From an uncultured Clostridia bacterium (GTDB lineage: Bacteria > Bacillota > Clostridia > Christensenellales > CAG-314): a DNA stretch of 64,000 nt. Location: NCBI GenBank assembly GCA_944336125.1, contig CALVLA010000002.1:23132-87131 (forward strand), written 5' to 3'. Numbering within the stretch: position 1 is the stretch's first letter; each line of letters starts with the position of its first letter. A program made the translations under genes and the position numbers. Shown here piece by piece: positions 37,665-47,856 of the stretch. The notes beneath the pieces were generated by a model. That model did no database searches and had not been told where the DNA came from. It worked only from the letters and a program-made list of their open reading frames with translations.

Positions 37665-38792
<1,128 letters not shown>

Positions 38793-39818
38793 TTAAAAAA
38801 TAAATGTGCTGTCGCCGAAACTGAAAAATCTGTACTTTTCTTTAACGGCTTCGTTGTACATTGCAATTGTTTCTTCTCGCCCCATAAAAGCCGACACAAG
38901 CATTATGAGAGTACTTTCGGGAAGATGAAAATTTGTGATAAGCCCGTCAATGACTTTAAATTTATAACCCGGATAAATAAATATGTTTGTTTCGCCTGTT
39001 TTTGCGTGCAGAACACCGTTTTCGTCAGAACAGCTTTCAAGCACCCTCACGCTCGTAGTTCCGACAGCGATAATTCTTCTTCCCTGCTTTTTGGCTTGGT
39101 TAAGAAATTCCGCAGTTTTTTCATCGATTTCATAGTACTCACTATGCATTTGGTGATTTAAAATATCTTCTTCCTTGACGGGACGAAAAGTACCGAGTCC
39201 CACATGAAGCAAAACTTCCGCAAAAGCAACCCCCTTTTCACGAAGTTTTTGCATAAGCTCGGGAGTAAAATGCAATCCTGCCGTAGGAGCCGCCGCAGAG
39301 CCGGTGTATTCGGCATATACGGTGTTGTATCTGTCTTTATCTTTTATTTGCTCTTTTATATAGTGAGGCAAAGGCATTTCGCCTATTCTGTTCAAAATAT
39401 CTTCAAACACGCCGTCGTATTCGAACTCAACAACTCTCATGCCGCCTTCGATAATTTTCACGACGGTGGCTTTAAGCTCGTTTCCGAACACGAATTTGCT
39501 TCCCACCTTTGCTTTTTTGCCGGGTTTTAAAACAACTTCCCATGTTTTTAGGTCAAGCCGTTTTAAAAGCAAAAATTCTATTTTTCCGTTTGTACCCTCT
39601 TTGTTTCCGTAAAGTCTTACAGGCAAAACCTTTGTATTGTTTATGACAAGGACGTCGTCATCTCTTAAAAAATTTATTATGTCGTAAAAATGCTTGTGCT
39701 GTATCGTTTTTTTACTTCTGTCATAAACAAGAAGCCGCGAACTGTCTCTCGGCTCAACAGGATGCTGAGCAATTAGTTCTTCGGGCAGCTCATAAAAAAA
39801 GTCACTTTTCTTCATCAT
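38793..39818 (-). CDS. queA: S-adenosylmethionine:tRNA ribosyltransferase-isomerase
   Basis: [20 protein letters not shown] start typical of QueA. The ORF-track N-extension runs into ruvB. Confidence 0.95.
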   Translation of the reverse strand: MMKKSDFFYELPEELIAQHPVEPRDSSRLLVYDRSKKTIQHKHFYDIINFLRDDDVLVINNTKVLPVRLYGNKEGTNGKIEFLLLKRLDLKTWEVVLKPGKKAKVGSKFVFGNELKATVVKIIEGGMRVVEFEYDGVFEDILNRIGEMPLPHYIKEQIKDKDRYNTVYAEYTGSAAAPTAGLHFTPELMQKLREKGVAFAEVLLHVGLGTFRPVKEEDILNHQMHSEYYEIDEKTAEFLNQAKKQGRRIIAVGTTSVRVLESCSDENGVLHAKTGETNIFIYPGYKFKVIDGLITNFHLPESTLIMLVSAFMGREETIAMYNEAVKEKYRFFSFGDSTFIF

Positions 39819-40854
39819 AGTTATCGTCTGTAAAAATGGAAAGCTGCGCGCTTTTCGTGTCGGAAATTTTTTTGCCGAGATGCTTGTAGCATTTAGGCAA
39901 ACAAACTCTGCCCCTAGGAGTCCTTGCAATAAACCCTAGCTGCAAGAGATATGGTTCATAAACGTCCTCGATTGTGTTTGCGTCTTCCCCCGTAGCCGCG
40001 GCTATCGTGTCAAGTCCCACAGGACCGCCGTTAAACTTTTCAATCATGGCGGTGAGTACGTTCAAATCAACGTTGTCGAGACCTATTGCGTCGACGCCTA
40101 TTGTGGTAAGAGCAAAATCCGCAATTTCTTTTGTGATTACGCCTTTTCCCTTTACTATCGCAAAATCCCTCACGCGTTTAAGCAGTCTGTTTGCAATACG
40201 CGGAGTTCCTCTGCTCCTTTTTGCTATTTCGTAAGCGCCGTCTTCGTCAATTTCTGTTTTAAGCATGTTTGACGAACGGGTAACAATTTCGGCAAGCTGA
40301 CTAACCGTGTACATTTCAAGCCTTGCGTGAACACCGAACCTGTCACGTAGCGGAGAAGTAAGCATGCCGGCTTTTGTAGTCGCTCCGACAAGGGTAAACT
40401 GGTTTATGTTAATCCTTACGCTCCTTGCGCTAGGACCTTTGCCTACAATAAAGTCCAAAGCATAGTCTTCCATTGCAGGATAAAGAATTTCCTCAATCGA
40501 GTGATTGAGTCTGTGAATTTCATCTATAAAAAGGACGTCGTTTTTTTCGAGGTTTGTAAGTATTGCCGCCAAATCCGCAGGCTTTTCGATAGCCGGTCCG
40601 CTTGTTACGGTAAGACGGCTGTTCATTTCGGTAGCGATAATGTGAGCCAAAGTAGTTTTGCCGAGTCCCGGAGGGCCGTAAAGCAAAACGTGGTCAAGCG
40701 CTTCGCCGCGAGATTTTGCCGCCTGAATGTAAATTTCGAGGTTGCTTTTGATTTTGTCCTGACCGATAAAAGACGACATACTTTTCGGACGCAAAACGTT
40801 TTCAACGTCGTTGTCGTCAATCTGCATAGTACTGGTAATCAATCTGTCTTCCAT
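39802..40854 (-). CDS. ruvB: Holliday junction helicase RuvB
   Basis: Walker [10 protein letters not shown] and an AAA+ RuvB core. Confidence 0.97.
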   Translation of the reverse strand: MEDRLITSTMQIDDNDVENVLRPKSMSSFIGQDKIKSNLEIYIQAAKSRGEALDHVLLYGPPGLGKTTLAHIIATEMNSRLTVTSGPAIEKPADLAAILTNLEKNDVLFIDEIHRLNHSIEEILYPAMEDYALDFIVGKGPSARSVRININQFTLVGATTKAGMLTSPLRDRFGVHARLEMYTVSQLAEIVTRSSNMLKTEIDEDGAYEIAKRSRGTPRIANRLLKRVRDFAIVKGKGVITKEIADFALTTIGVDAIGLDNVDLNVLTAMIEKFNGGPVGLDTIAAATGEDANTIEDVYEPYLLQLGFIARTPRGRVCLPKCYKHLGKKISDTKSAQLSIFTDDNYDEEK

Positions 40855-40856
40855 TT

Positions 40857-41444
40857 TTACCTCGCGTTTTTAAGTGCGAACTTAATAATGTCTCCCGCTT
40901 CAGAAAGTCCCGCTTCCACTGCGTGTTTAACTCTGTTTTCCGCATCGTTTTTAGCAATTCCCATGGAAATAAGCAAAGCAACTGCGTCGTTTTCCTCACT
41001 GTTGAAGGAATATTCCTGACGAGCGATTTCAACAGTATCGCCTACAGGCACTACTTTTTCGCGAAGTTCGAGCACAATCCTTTCGGCTGTCTTTTTGCCT
41101 ATGCCTTTTACCGAAGAAAGCAGTTTTACGTTTCCCGTGCAAATAGCCGACAGCAAATCGGTTACGCTGCAATTAGACAAAACGGAAAGAGCCATTTTGC
41201 AACCTATACCGCTTACCGAAATAAGTTTTAAAAACAAATTTTTTTCATATTTGTCCGCAAAACCGTACAAAGTCAATCCGTCCTCGCGAACTTGAAGATA
41301 GGTAAAAAGCTGTGTTTTTTGTCCCTCAACACATTTTTGAAGTGTAAAATCAGAAACGGACACTTCAAAACCGATGTCTCCGCTTTGAATGAGAATTGTA
41401 TTTTCCTCAACGGAAACGACGTTTCCGCAAATAAAACCTAACAT
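40857..41444 (-). CDS. ruvA: Holliday junction DNA-binding protein RuvA
   Basis: OB fold plus HhH motifs ([21 protein letters not shown]). Confidence 0.92.
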   Translation of the reverse strand: MLGFICGNVVSVEENTILIQSGDIGFEVSVSDFTLQKCVEGQKTQLFTYLQVREDGLTLYGFADKYEKNLFLKLISVSGIGCKMALSVLSNCSVTDLLSAICTGNVKLLSSVKGIGKKTAERIVLELREKVVPVGDTVEIARQEYSFNSEENDAVALLISMGIAKNDAENRVKHAVEAGLSEAGDIIKFALKNAR

Positions 41445-41450
41445 AAAACC

Positions 41451-41942
41451 TCACAAAGAAAACTGGTCTGCCATGCGGTTTGTCTGCGCATGGGTAAGCG
41501 CAATGGCCAAAGCGTCCGCGGCATCGTCGGGGCGCGGAATGGACTGCAAATGCAGATAAACTTTCACCATTTCCTGAATCTGTCTTTTTTCCGCCCTGCC
41601 GTAACCTGTCATAGCCTGTTTGATTTGAAGCGGAGTGTATTCGTAAATTCTTCCGCAAGCGTGAATGCTGGCAAGCAAAATTATGCCTCTGGCGTGAGCA
41701 ACGTTAATACCCGTCGTAACGTTCTGGACGAAAAACAATTCCTCGACGGCAATCTCGTCAGGCTTGAATTTATTTATTATTTCAGTCATAGAATCGTAAA
41801 TCATAGCCAAACGCACTGCGATGTTTTCATTTTTAGGCGTTGTAATGACTCCGTAATCCACAGCTTTGCTTTTGTTACCCGAAGTGTCGATTACGCCGTA
41901 ACCGATAGTAGCATACCCCGGGTCGATTCCTAAAATACGCAT
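41451..41942 (-). CDS. ruvC: Crossover junction endodeoxyribonuclease RuvC
   Basis: MRILGIDPGYATIGYGVID start and RNase H fold motifs. Confidence 0.92.
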   Translation of the reverse strand: MRILGIDPGYATIGYGVIDTSGNKSKAVDYGVITTPKNENIAVRLAMIYDSMTEIINKFKPDEIAVEELFFVQNVTTGINVAHARGIILLASIHACGRIYEYTPLQIKQAMTGYGRAEKRQIQEMVKVYLHLQSIPRPDDAADALAIALTHAQTNRMADQFSL

Positions 41943-41978
41943 ATATTTAATAATAAATTCAAAAAGTCAATAAGTCAA
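41943..41978 (-). promoter_or_regulatory. ruvC promoter (leaderless-type spacing)
   Basis: On the minus strand: TTGACT (41973-41978), 17 nt spacer, TATTAT (41950-41955), then 7 nt (taaatat) to ATG 41942. There is no SD. Confidence 0.5.
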
Positions 41979-42009
41979 TAAAAAACAAAGGCGGGTTTGC
42001 CCCGCCTTA
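41979..42009 (-). terminator. Intrinsic terminator after yebC
   Basis: On the minus strand: AAGGCGGG-GCAAA-CCCGCCTT followed by TGTTTTTT. Confidence 0.8.
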
Positions 42010-42012
42010 AAA

Positions 42013-42747
42013 TCATTCTTCGTCAGGAAGTTCGACGTTGTGATAAACGTTTTGAACGTCGTCGTTGTCATCGAACATATCCAACATTCTTTCAAATTTT
42101 TCAAGCTGTTCAGCGGAAAGTTTCACGGTATTTTGCGGAACCCACTCCACTTCAGCGTTGATAAAGGTAACGCCTTTGTCTTCGAGGCATTTTCTTACGA
42201 CGGAAAAATCAGCGGGAGAAGTCAGAACTTCAAACATATCGTCCTCGACCTGAACGTCGTCTGCGCCGCATTCGATAGCCATTTCGTAAATTTCGTCCTC
42301 GGAAAGTCCGCCGTCCCTGTTGCATGCGATAACGCCCTTTTTGTCAAACATAAAGGACACGCAGTTGGTTGTACCCATGCTTCCGCCGCCTTTATCGAAA
42401 GCGCAGCGAACGTCGCCCGCAGTACGGTTTTTGTTGTCGGTAAGCGTTTCGACGATAACGGCAGAGCCGCCGATTCCGTAACCTTCGTATATCATATTTT
42501 CGTAGTTGATGCTACCGAGCTCACCGCTTGCCTTTTTGATGCTGCGTTGAATATTGTCGTTAGGCATATTGTTCGCCCTTGCCTTTACGATAACGTCGTA
42601 AAGTTTTGAGTTAATGCTAGGGTCAGGACCTCCGGCTTTAACTGCGACGGCAATTTCCCTTCCTATTTTTGTGAAGATTTTGCCTCTCAACGCGTCACTT
42701 TTGCCTTTTTTGTGTTTAATATTCGCCCATTTGCTGTGACCTGACAT
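42013..42747 (-). CDS. yebC: YebC/PmpR-family DNA-binding regulator
   Basis: MSGHSKWANIKHKK start. SD GGAGGA lies upstream. The ATG shares one nt with the upstream stop (TAATG). Confidence 0.93.
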   Translation of the reverse strand: MSGHSKWANIKHKKGKSDALRGKIFTKIGREIAVAVKAGGPDPSINSKLYDVIVKARANNMPNDNIQRSIKKASGELGSINYENMIYEGYGIGGSAVIVETLTDNKNRTAGDVRCAFDKGGGSMGTTNCVSFMFDKKGVIACNRDGGLSEDEIYEMAIECGADDVQVEDDMFEVLTSPADFSVVRKCLEDKGVTFINAEVEWVPQNTVKLSAEQLEKFERMLDMFDDNDDVQNVYHNVELPDEE

Positions 42748-43484
42748 TATTTCCTCCATTTGTCGCGGTTGAGCTGATACATGATTATACCCGCACTTAC
42801 CGCAACGTTAAGCGATTCCAGATTGTTTTCCATAGGAATTCTGACGGTATTTATCGCCAAAGACGCCAATACGTCCGAAACCCCCTGTCCTTCGTTCCCC
42901 AAAATCAAAATATGCTCTCCGCAGGAAAACTCAAAGATGTTTTCGCCTTGCATGTCGGCGCAGATAATCTTTTTGCCGCCGAAATTTTTTACAAACTCCT
43001 CTTCCGAAGTCTCGATGAAATTGAGCATGAACTGTCCGCTCATTCCGCTTCGAAGTGATTTAGGCGAAAACACGTCGGCGCAATCAATCAAAAAAACGTC
43101 GTTGTATCCCGTCGCGCATGCCGTACGGATAATCGCGCCTATGTTTTTCGGATCCTGAATCCTGTCGAGAAGCAAAGCGTTTCCGCCGCAATAAGGCTTT
43201 TTGTCCGGCAATTTTGCCACGGCGACGACACCTTGATTGGTTTTTGTGTCGCTTAGTACCTTCATGACTTCAGGCGAAACTTCGACGACTTCACAACCGT
43301 ATGAAGAAAAATCGGCTTTAACGTCTGCGGAAACAAAAACCTTCTGCACCGCTATCCCATGCCTAAAAGCGTCAAAAATAAGCTTTTGACCTTCTATCAA
43401 AAAAAGCCCCTGTTCTTTACGACCTTTTTTGTCATTAAGTTTTGAAGCCGCCAAAATTGCGGAATTTTGTTTTGAGGTTATCAT
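42747..43484 (-). CDS. TrmH/SpoU-family RNA 2'-O-methyltransferase (YsgA/RlmB-like)
   Basis: SpoU motifs (LLDRIQDPKNIGAIIRTA, LILGNEGQGV, ESLNVAVSAGI). Confidence 0.85.
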   Translation of the reverse strand: MITSKQNSAILAASKLNDKKGRKEQGLFLIEGQKLIFDAFRHGIAVQKVFVSADVKADFSSYGCEVVEVSPEVMKVLSDTKTNQGVVAVAKLPDKKPYCGGNALLLDRIQDPKNIGAIIRTACATGYNDVFLIDCADVFSPKSLRSGMSGQFMLNFIETSEEEFVKNFGGKKIICADMQGENIFEFSCGEHILILGNEGQGVSDVLASLAINTVRIPMENNLESLNVAVSAGIIMYQLNRDKWRK

Positions 43485-43516
43485 ATAAAAAGTTGAGCCT
43501 TCGATTGAAGGCTCTT
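43485..43516 (-). terminator. Intrinsic terminator after rplT
   Basis: On the minus strand: GAGCCTTC-AATC-GAAGGCTC followed by AACTTTTTAT, running straight into the trmH-family ATG. Confidence 0.7.
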
Positions 43517-43519
43517 AAA

Positions 43520-43873
43520 TTACTTGATTGCCGATTTTGCGGCAGCTGCAAGTTCTGCAAAAGCTTTAGGGTCGGAAACAGCGATTTCGCTGAGCATTTT
43601 CCTGTTGAGCGAAATGTTTGCGACTTTCAAGCCGTGCATCAAAGTGCTGTAAGACATACCGTTTGCTCTTGCAGCGGCGTTGATACGTGTAATCCAAAGT
43701 GAACGGAAATCCCTTTTACGAAGTTTTCTTCCTACGTAAGCGTAGTTTTGTGATTTCATAACCGCTTCGCGAGCAATGCGGTAGTTTGATTTTTTAAGAC
43801 CGAAATAGCCTTTAGCGAGTTTAATTATTTTTCTGCGTTTTTTTACGCCGTTAACAGCTCTTTTAATTCTCAT
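43520..43873 (-). CDS. rplT: 50S ribosomal protein L20
   Basis: [16 protein letters not shown]... is typical L20. Confidence 0.97.
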   Translation of the reverse strand: MRIKRAVNGVKKRRKIIKLAKGYFGLKKSNYRIAREAVMKSQNYAYVGRKLRKRDFRSLWITRINAAARANGMSYSTLMHGLKVANISLNRKMLSEIAVSDPKAFAELAAAAKSAIK

Positions 43874-43894
43874 AATCAGACACCTCTCTTCTCA

Positions 43895-44089
43895 TCAATA
43901 AGGAAGCAATTGCTTCATAGTTTTAGCTTGTGTTTTGTCAACATAAGCAGGACCGCGCAAACCGCGAGTTCTCTTAGTGGTCTTTTTAGTAAGAATATGG
44001 TTTTTGCCCATTTGTGCTCTTTTTACTTTACCGGATTTTTTCACGCTGAAACGCTTTTTAGCGCCGCTGTGAGATTTTACTTTTGGCAT
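43895..44089 (-). CDS. rpmI: 50S ribosomal protein L35
   Basis: [14 protein letters not shown] start. Confidence 0.95.
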   Translation of the reverse strand: MPKVKSHSGAKKRFSVKKSGKVKRAQMGKNHILTKKTTKRTRGLRGPAYVDKTQAKTMKQLLPY

Positions 44090-44109
44090 AATTTATCCTC
44101 CAATGTATT

Positions 44110-44622
44110 TTATTTGTTGTTTGCAGGGGCAAGGATCATAATGATGCTTCTGCCCTCGGTAGCCGGTTTCTTTTCCATAACGGCCACTTCTTTAAGGTTT
44201 TCGAAGAAATCGTTCATAACTTCGACGCCCTGACTTGCGAAAGCAGTTTGTCTTCCGCGCATTCTGAGTGTAACTTTAACCTTGTTGCCTTCCTTCAAAA
44301 ACTTAGCGGCGTTTTTAGCCTTGATGTTGATATCGTTTACGTCGATAGTCATTGAAAGTCTGACTTCCTTAATTTCAACGATTTTCTGATTTTTTCTGGC
44401 TTCTTTTTCGCGCTTAATCTGTTCGTAACGGTGTTTGCCGTAATCCATAATTTTGCAAACTGGCGGCTGAGCTGTAGGAGCGATTTTTACCAAATCGAGT
44501 TCAGCCTCATCTGCAAGGCTTTGAGCTTTGGCAATAGGCATAATTCCCAGCTGTTCACCGTCGGCACCAATCAATCTGACTTCTCTGTCCTGAATTTGAT
44601 TGTTAATTTGAAGTTCTTTAAT
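44110..44622 (-). CDS. infC: Translation initiation factor IF-3, ATT start codon
   Basis: IKELQINNQIQDREVRLIGADGEQLG is a typical IF-3 N-terminus. GGGAGGAA lies 7 nt upstream of ATT at 44622. The ORF-track TTG start lies upstream of a terminator hairpin. Confidence 0.9.
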   Translation of the reverse strand: MKELQINNQIQDREVRLIGADGEQLGIMPIAKAQSLADEAELDLVKIAPTAQPPVCKIMDYGKHRYEQIKREKEARKNQKIVEIKEVRLSMTIDVNDINIKAKNAAKFLKEGNKVKVTLRMRGRQTAFASQGVEVMNDFFENLKEVAVMEKKPATEGRSIIMILAPANNK

Positions 44623-44766
44623 AGGTCTGTTCCTCCCCAAAAAAAATTGTGCGGAAGAATTTTCCGCACAAAACAAAGCGTCCGAAAAGACGTAAATTCA
44701 ATGTTTCAAAACCAGACAAAACGAAATTCGTATGGTGAGAGCGGAAAACTCTACTTTGACCTTAGT
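44623..44766 (-). ncRNA. infC-rpmI-rplT leader, candidate L20-type attenuator
   Basis: Terminator TGTGCGGAA-AATTC-TTCCGCACA plus T8 (44637-44671), just before the infC SD. The upstream segment TTTTCCGC (44741-44748) is complementary to the terminator 5' arm, giving a possible antiterminator. Confidence 0.55.
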
Positions 44767-44795
44767 ATATTAACAAAACCGTCGACATTTGTCAA
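44767..44795 (-). promoter_or_regulatory. infC operon promoter embedded in the thrS terminator
   Basis: On the minus strand: TTGACA (44790-44795), 17 nt spacer, TAATAT (44767-44772). Confidence 0.55.
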
Positions 44796-44803
44796 CGGTT
44801 TTG
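44768..44803 (-). terminator. Intrinsic terminator after thrS
   Basis: On the minus strand: AAAACCGTTGAC-AAAT-GTCGACGGTTTT (one G-T pair) followed by GTT. Confidence 0.65.
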
Positions 44804-44809
44804 AATGAA

Positions 44810-46750
44810 TTAAACTTCCAAATTTCTGGTTTTAACGTCTTCGAGCATTTTTTTGAGAAGCTCGTCAACCGATTGCTGACCGAGGTCGCCGAGTTTTCTG
44901 TGTCTTACCGAAACAACGTCGTTTTCCACTTCCTTATCGCCCAAAATCAACATGTAAGGCACTTTTTCAAGCTGCGCTTCCCTGATTTTGTAACCGATTT
45001 TTTCGTTTCTGTTGTCCACTTCGGTACGAATTCCGAAGAGTTCGAGTTTCTCCCTTATTTCCTCTGCTTTTTCAGCCGCTCTGTCTGTGATACTCAAAAC
45101 TTTGACCTGAGTAGGACTGAGCCAGAAAGGCAAAGCTCCCGCATATTTTTCGAGAAGCAAAGCGATTGTCCTTTCGTAGCAGCCGATTGAAGTACGGTGA
45201 ATAATGTAAGGATTTTGTTTTTCGCCGTTTTCGTCAACGTAAGTCATGTTGAAGTTTTTAGCAAGGAACATATCAATTTGAATAGTAATCAAAGTGTCTT
45301 CCTTACCGTAAACGTTTGAAATCTGAATGTCGAGTTTAGGACCGTAAAAAGCAGCTTCGCCTTTTGCTTCGGTATATTTGATGCCGATGTGATCGAGGAT
45401 GGTTTTCATCATGCTTTCGGCTTTTTCCCAAACTTCAGGTTCGTCGATGTATTTTTCCTTATCTTCAGGATCCCAACGCGAGAATCTGAAAGTAAGGTCT
45501 TCATACAATCCCACGCTCTTCATTACGTATTCGATAAGGTTCAACACTCCCCTGAACTCTTCTTCAACCTGCTCAGGAGTGCAAATGAGGTGACCTTCGC
45601 TTATGGTAAACTGACGTACGCGAATAAGTCCGTGCATTTCACCGCTGCTTTCGTTTCTGAAAAGCGTCGAAGTTTCGCCGTATCTTATAGGCAAATCACG
45701 GTAGCTTTTGAGTCCGTTGTTGTAAATAGTGTATTGGAAAGGACAAGTCATTGGCCTAAGGGCAAAAACTTCCTTGTCTTTTTTCTCGTCGCCTATGACA
45801 AACATTCCGTCAAGGTAATGATCCCAGTGTCCGGAAATTTTGTAAAGATTGCTTTTTGCAAGGAAAGGAGTCCTTGTCCTGACATAACCGCGTCTTCTTT
45901 CCTCGTCCTCAACGAAACGGCTGAGCGTCATGAAAAGCTGAGTACCCTTTGGCATCAAAAGCGGCAAACCTTGTCCTATGTTTTCGTCAGTCATGAAGTA
46001 GCCGAGTTCTCTGCCGATTTTGTTGTGGTCGCGTTTTTTTGCTTCCTCAACTTTTGCAAGATATTCGTCAAGGTCTTTTTTCTTTTCAAAAGCCGTACCG
46101 TAAATACGGGTGAGCATTTTGTTTTTTTCGTTTCCGCGCCAGTAAGCTCCGGTAAGCTGAGTGAGCTTGAAAGCTTTTACTTTACCGGTGGAAGGCAAAT
46201 GCGGCCCTCTGCAAAGATCCGTGAAGTCCCCTTGAGTGTAAAAAGACACAACGTCGTCTTCAATATCCTCAACAAGCTCAACCTTATAAGGTTCGTCAAG
46301 CTTTTCGAAGTATTTTTCGGCGTCCTTTTTAGACATTTCGCTTCTTACGATAGGAAAATCCGCCTTGATGATTTTTTGCATTTCTGCTTCGATTTTAGGA
46401 AAATCTTCCTGAGTAAGGTTTGTTTTGAAATCAAAATCGTAGTAAAAACCGTTTTTGACCGCAGGACCGATTGCAAGTTTAGCCGTAGGATAAATCCTTT
46501 TTACCGCCTGAGCAAGAATATGGCTTGCAGTATGCCAATAAACCTGCTTGCCCTCGTCGTCGTTGAAAGTCAAAACTTTAAAATTGCAATCTTTATCGAC
46601 AGACTGACTAAGCGAACAAACTTCGTCGTCTATTTTAACAGCCAAAGCGTTGCGGAACAATCCTTCGCTGATAGACTTAACTATTTCGCCTGCGGAAACA
46701 CCTTTTTCCGCCTGTTTAACACTGCCGTCAGGCAAAGTTACGTTAATCAT
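44810..46750 (-). CDS. thrS: Threonine--tRNA ligase
   Basis: TGS domain start MINVTLPDGS, editing domain, class II core, anticodon-binding domain. SD GGGGGT lies upstream. Confidence 0.97.
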   Translation of the reverse strand: MINVTLPDGSVKQAEKGVSAGEIVKSISEGLFRNALAVKIDDEVCSLSQSVDKDCNFKVLTFNDDEGKQVYWHTASHILAQAVKRIYPTAKLAIGPAVKNGFYYDFDFKTNLTQEDFPKIEAEMQKIIKADFPIVRSEMSKKDAEKYFEKLDEPYKVELVEDIEDDVVSFYTQGDFTDLCRGPHLPSTGKVKAFKLTQLTGAYWRGNEKNKMLTRIYGTAFEKKKDLDEYLAKVEEAKKRDHNKIGRELGYFMTDENIGQGLPLLMPKGTQLFMTLSRFVEDEERRRGYVRTRTPFLAKSNLYKISGHWDHYLDGMFVIGDEKKDKEVFALRPMTCPFQYTIYNNGLKSYRDLPIRYGETSTLFRNESSGEMHGLIRVRQFTISEGHLICTPEQVEEEFRGVLNLIEYVMKSVGLYEDLTFRFSRWDPEDKEKYIDEPEVWEKAESMMKTILDHIGIKYTEAKGEAAFYGPKLDIQISNVYGKEDTLITIQIDMFLAKNFNMTYVDENGEKQNPYIIHRTSIGCYERTIALLLEKYAGALPFWLSPTQVKVLSITDRAAEKAEEIREKLELFGIRTEVDNRNEKIGYKIREAQLEKVPYMLILGDKEVENDVVSVRHRKLGDLGQQSVDELLKKMLEDVKTRNLEV

Positions 46751-46990
46751 TTCGTTACCCCCAAACATAAAAAATAAAGCCAACTTCAACACTAAGGACG
46801 AATTAAAAAATCCGCGGTTCCACCTTAATTGTCAAAATTGACCACTCGAAAAACAAATTTCGCATTGTAAGCGTATGAAATATAATAAAGCGGTTTCGAA
46901 ACATGACTCCGTTTGTCCTTTCACCCTCCGGACGCTCTCTGAAACTTCTGTCAAGTCCTACTTGTCTTTAAATTCATAATTTAATTGTAT
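46751..46990 (-). ncRNA. T-box leader (threonine specifier) upstream of thrS
   Basis: T-box sequence AAGGTGGAACCGCGG (plus-strand 46812-46824), AGTA-like and AGAGAG elements, and GAA-ACC-G next to the stem I base TAAAG/CTTTA (ACC = 46892-46894). Confidence 0.8.
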
Positions 46991-46995
46991 AAATT

Positions 46996-47023
46996 ATTTT
47001 AGCACAGAAAAATTAATTGTCAA
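46996..47023 (-). promoter_or_regulatory. Promoter of the thrS T-box leader
   Basis: On the minus strand: TTGACA (47018-47023), 16 nt spacer, TGcTAAAAT (-10 at 46996-47001). Confidence 0.6.
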
Positions 47024-47035
47024 ATGTTTTGCGGT

Positions 47036-47764
47036 TTAAAAAAACTTTTTTACGATGTTCAAAAACTCATCTGAATAGCTTTTTTCGTCGTAAATCAAAA
47101 CCTTTTTGGGAGCAAGACAGATGAGATTGAACAAAACTTTTTCTTCCTGCGTCTTTTTTCCACCGACGGGGTTAATCATGGATATTTTTTTGCCTGCCTT
47201 GTCCAAAATTTCAATATCGCTGCCGTATTTGCAGATTTTTACGCCCTCTTCGCCGTGAGGAATAGCGTCAAGCAAAAACATCAAAAAGTCACCCGAAACC
47301 TTTTCGTCGGCAAGCACGATTGAGTTTTCCTTGGTAAGGTCAATAATCTCGTTCCACTTTTTTTTGAGTTCTTTGAGTCTGAAATCAAAAAAACCGTCAA
47401 TGGCAATTATTTTTTCGTTTTCCAAACTTTTTTTGACAATTTTTTTGTCGTTGTTGCTGTCAAAAACCGTCATCGTGTTTAGCAAAGTTTTTATCAGCAG
47501 ATTTTCGTTTTTTATGTTAAGTTTTGCTTTTAAATAATCGTACTTGAAGCCTATAGCATAAACTTCCGCCAAAGCCGAATAAATCGATTGCCGCAGTTTT
47601 TCTCCGTATCTGTTTTCACAGGCAAGCGACAAAAAAATTCTGTCGTCAACTTCCCTTCTGACAACAGCCGCTCCGCAATCCTTTACGACAGGCTTGACCT
47701 TGTCATAAAGATACTCCAAAAATTCCTTTTTGTTTGCATCTATACTTAAAGACGTTTCAAACAT
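47036..47764 (-). CDS. ytxC: YtxC-like protein (putative sporulation protein family)
   Basis: 242 aa. It sits immediately upstream of thrS, as ytxC does in Bacillus, with general sequence resemblance. No catalytic motif. SD GAGGGGGAG lies upstream. Confidence 0.55.
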   Translation of the reverse strand: MFETSLSIDANKKEFLEYLYDKVKPVVKDCGAAVVRREVDDRIFLSLACENRYGEKLRQSIYSALAEVYAIGFKYDYLKAKLNIKNENLLIKTLLNTMTVFDSNNDKKIVKKSLENEKIIAIDGFFDFRLKELKKKWNEIIDLTKENSIVLADEKVSGDFLMFLLDAIPHGEEGVKICKYGSDIEILDKAGKKISMINPVGGKKTQEEKVLFNLICLAPKKVLIYDEKSYSDEFLNIVKKFF

Positions 47765-47828
47765 AACTCCCCCTCATACTCATACACATAGTTTATGCGG
47801 AGGAAAGCAATTTAATTAAAACAAAATA

Positions 47829-47856
47829 AAAAAGGAAGGATTTTCCTTCCTTTTTG
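47829..47856. terminator. Terminator after the ABC transporter gene
   Basis: AAAGGAAGGA-TTT-TCCTTCCTTT, with T-runs on both strands. Confidence 0.8.

Noticed and set aside
44623-44676. The TTG-initiated N-terminal extension of infC given by the ORF track.
   Set aside because: It would start upstream of a strong terminator hairpin and add a non-homologous MFCAENSSAQFFLGRNRP tail. ATT at 44622 has a correctly spaced GGGAGG and matches the known infC non-AUG start.
45389-46777. A 462-aa ORF on the plus strand opposite thrS, the longest unannotated ORF in the window.
   Set aside because: It is in exact codon register with thrS, so it is open only because thrS avoids TTA/CTA/TCA. Its F/V/K-rich composition mirrors the E/K/N/D-rich sense codons. 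It has no SD or promoter and no recognisable domain.
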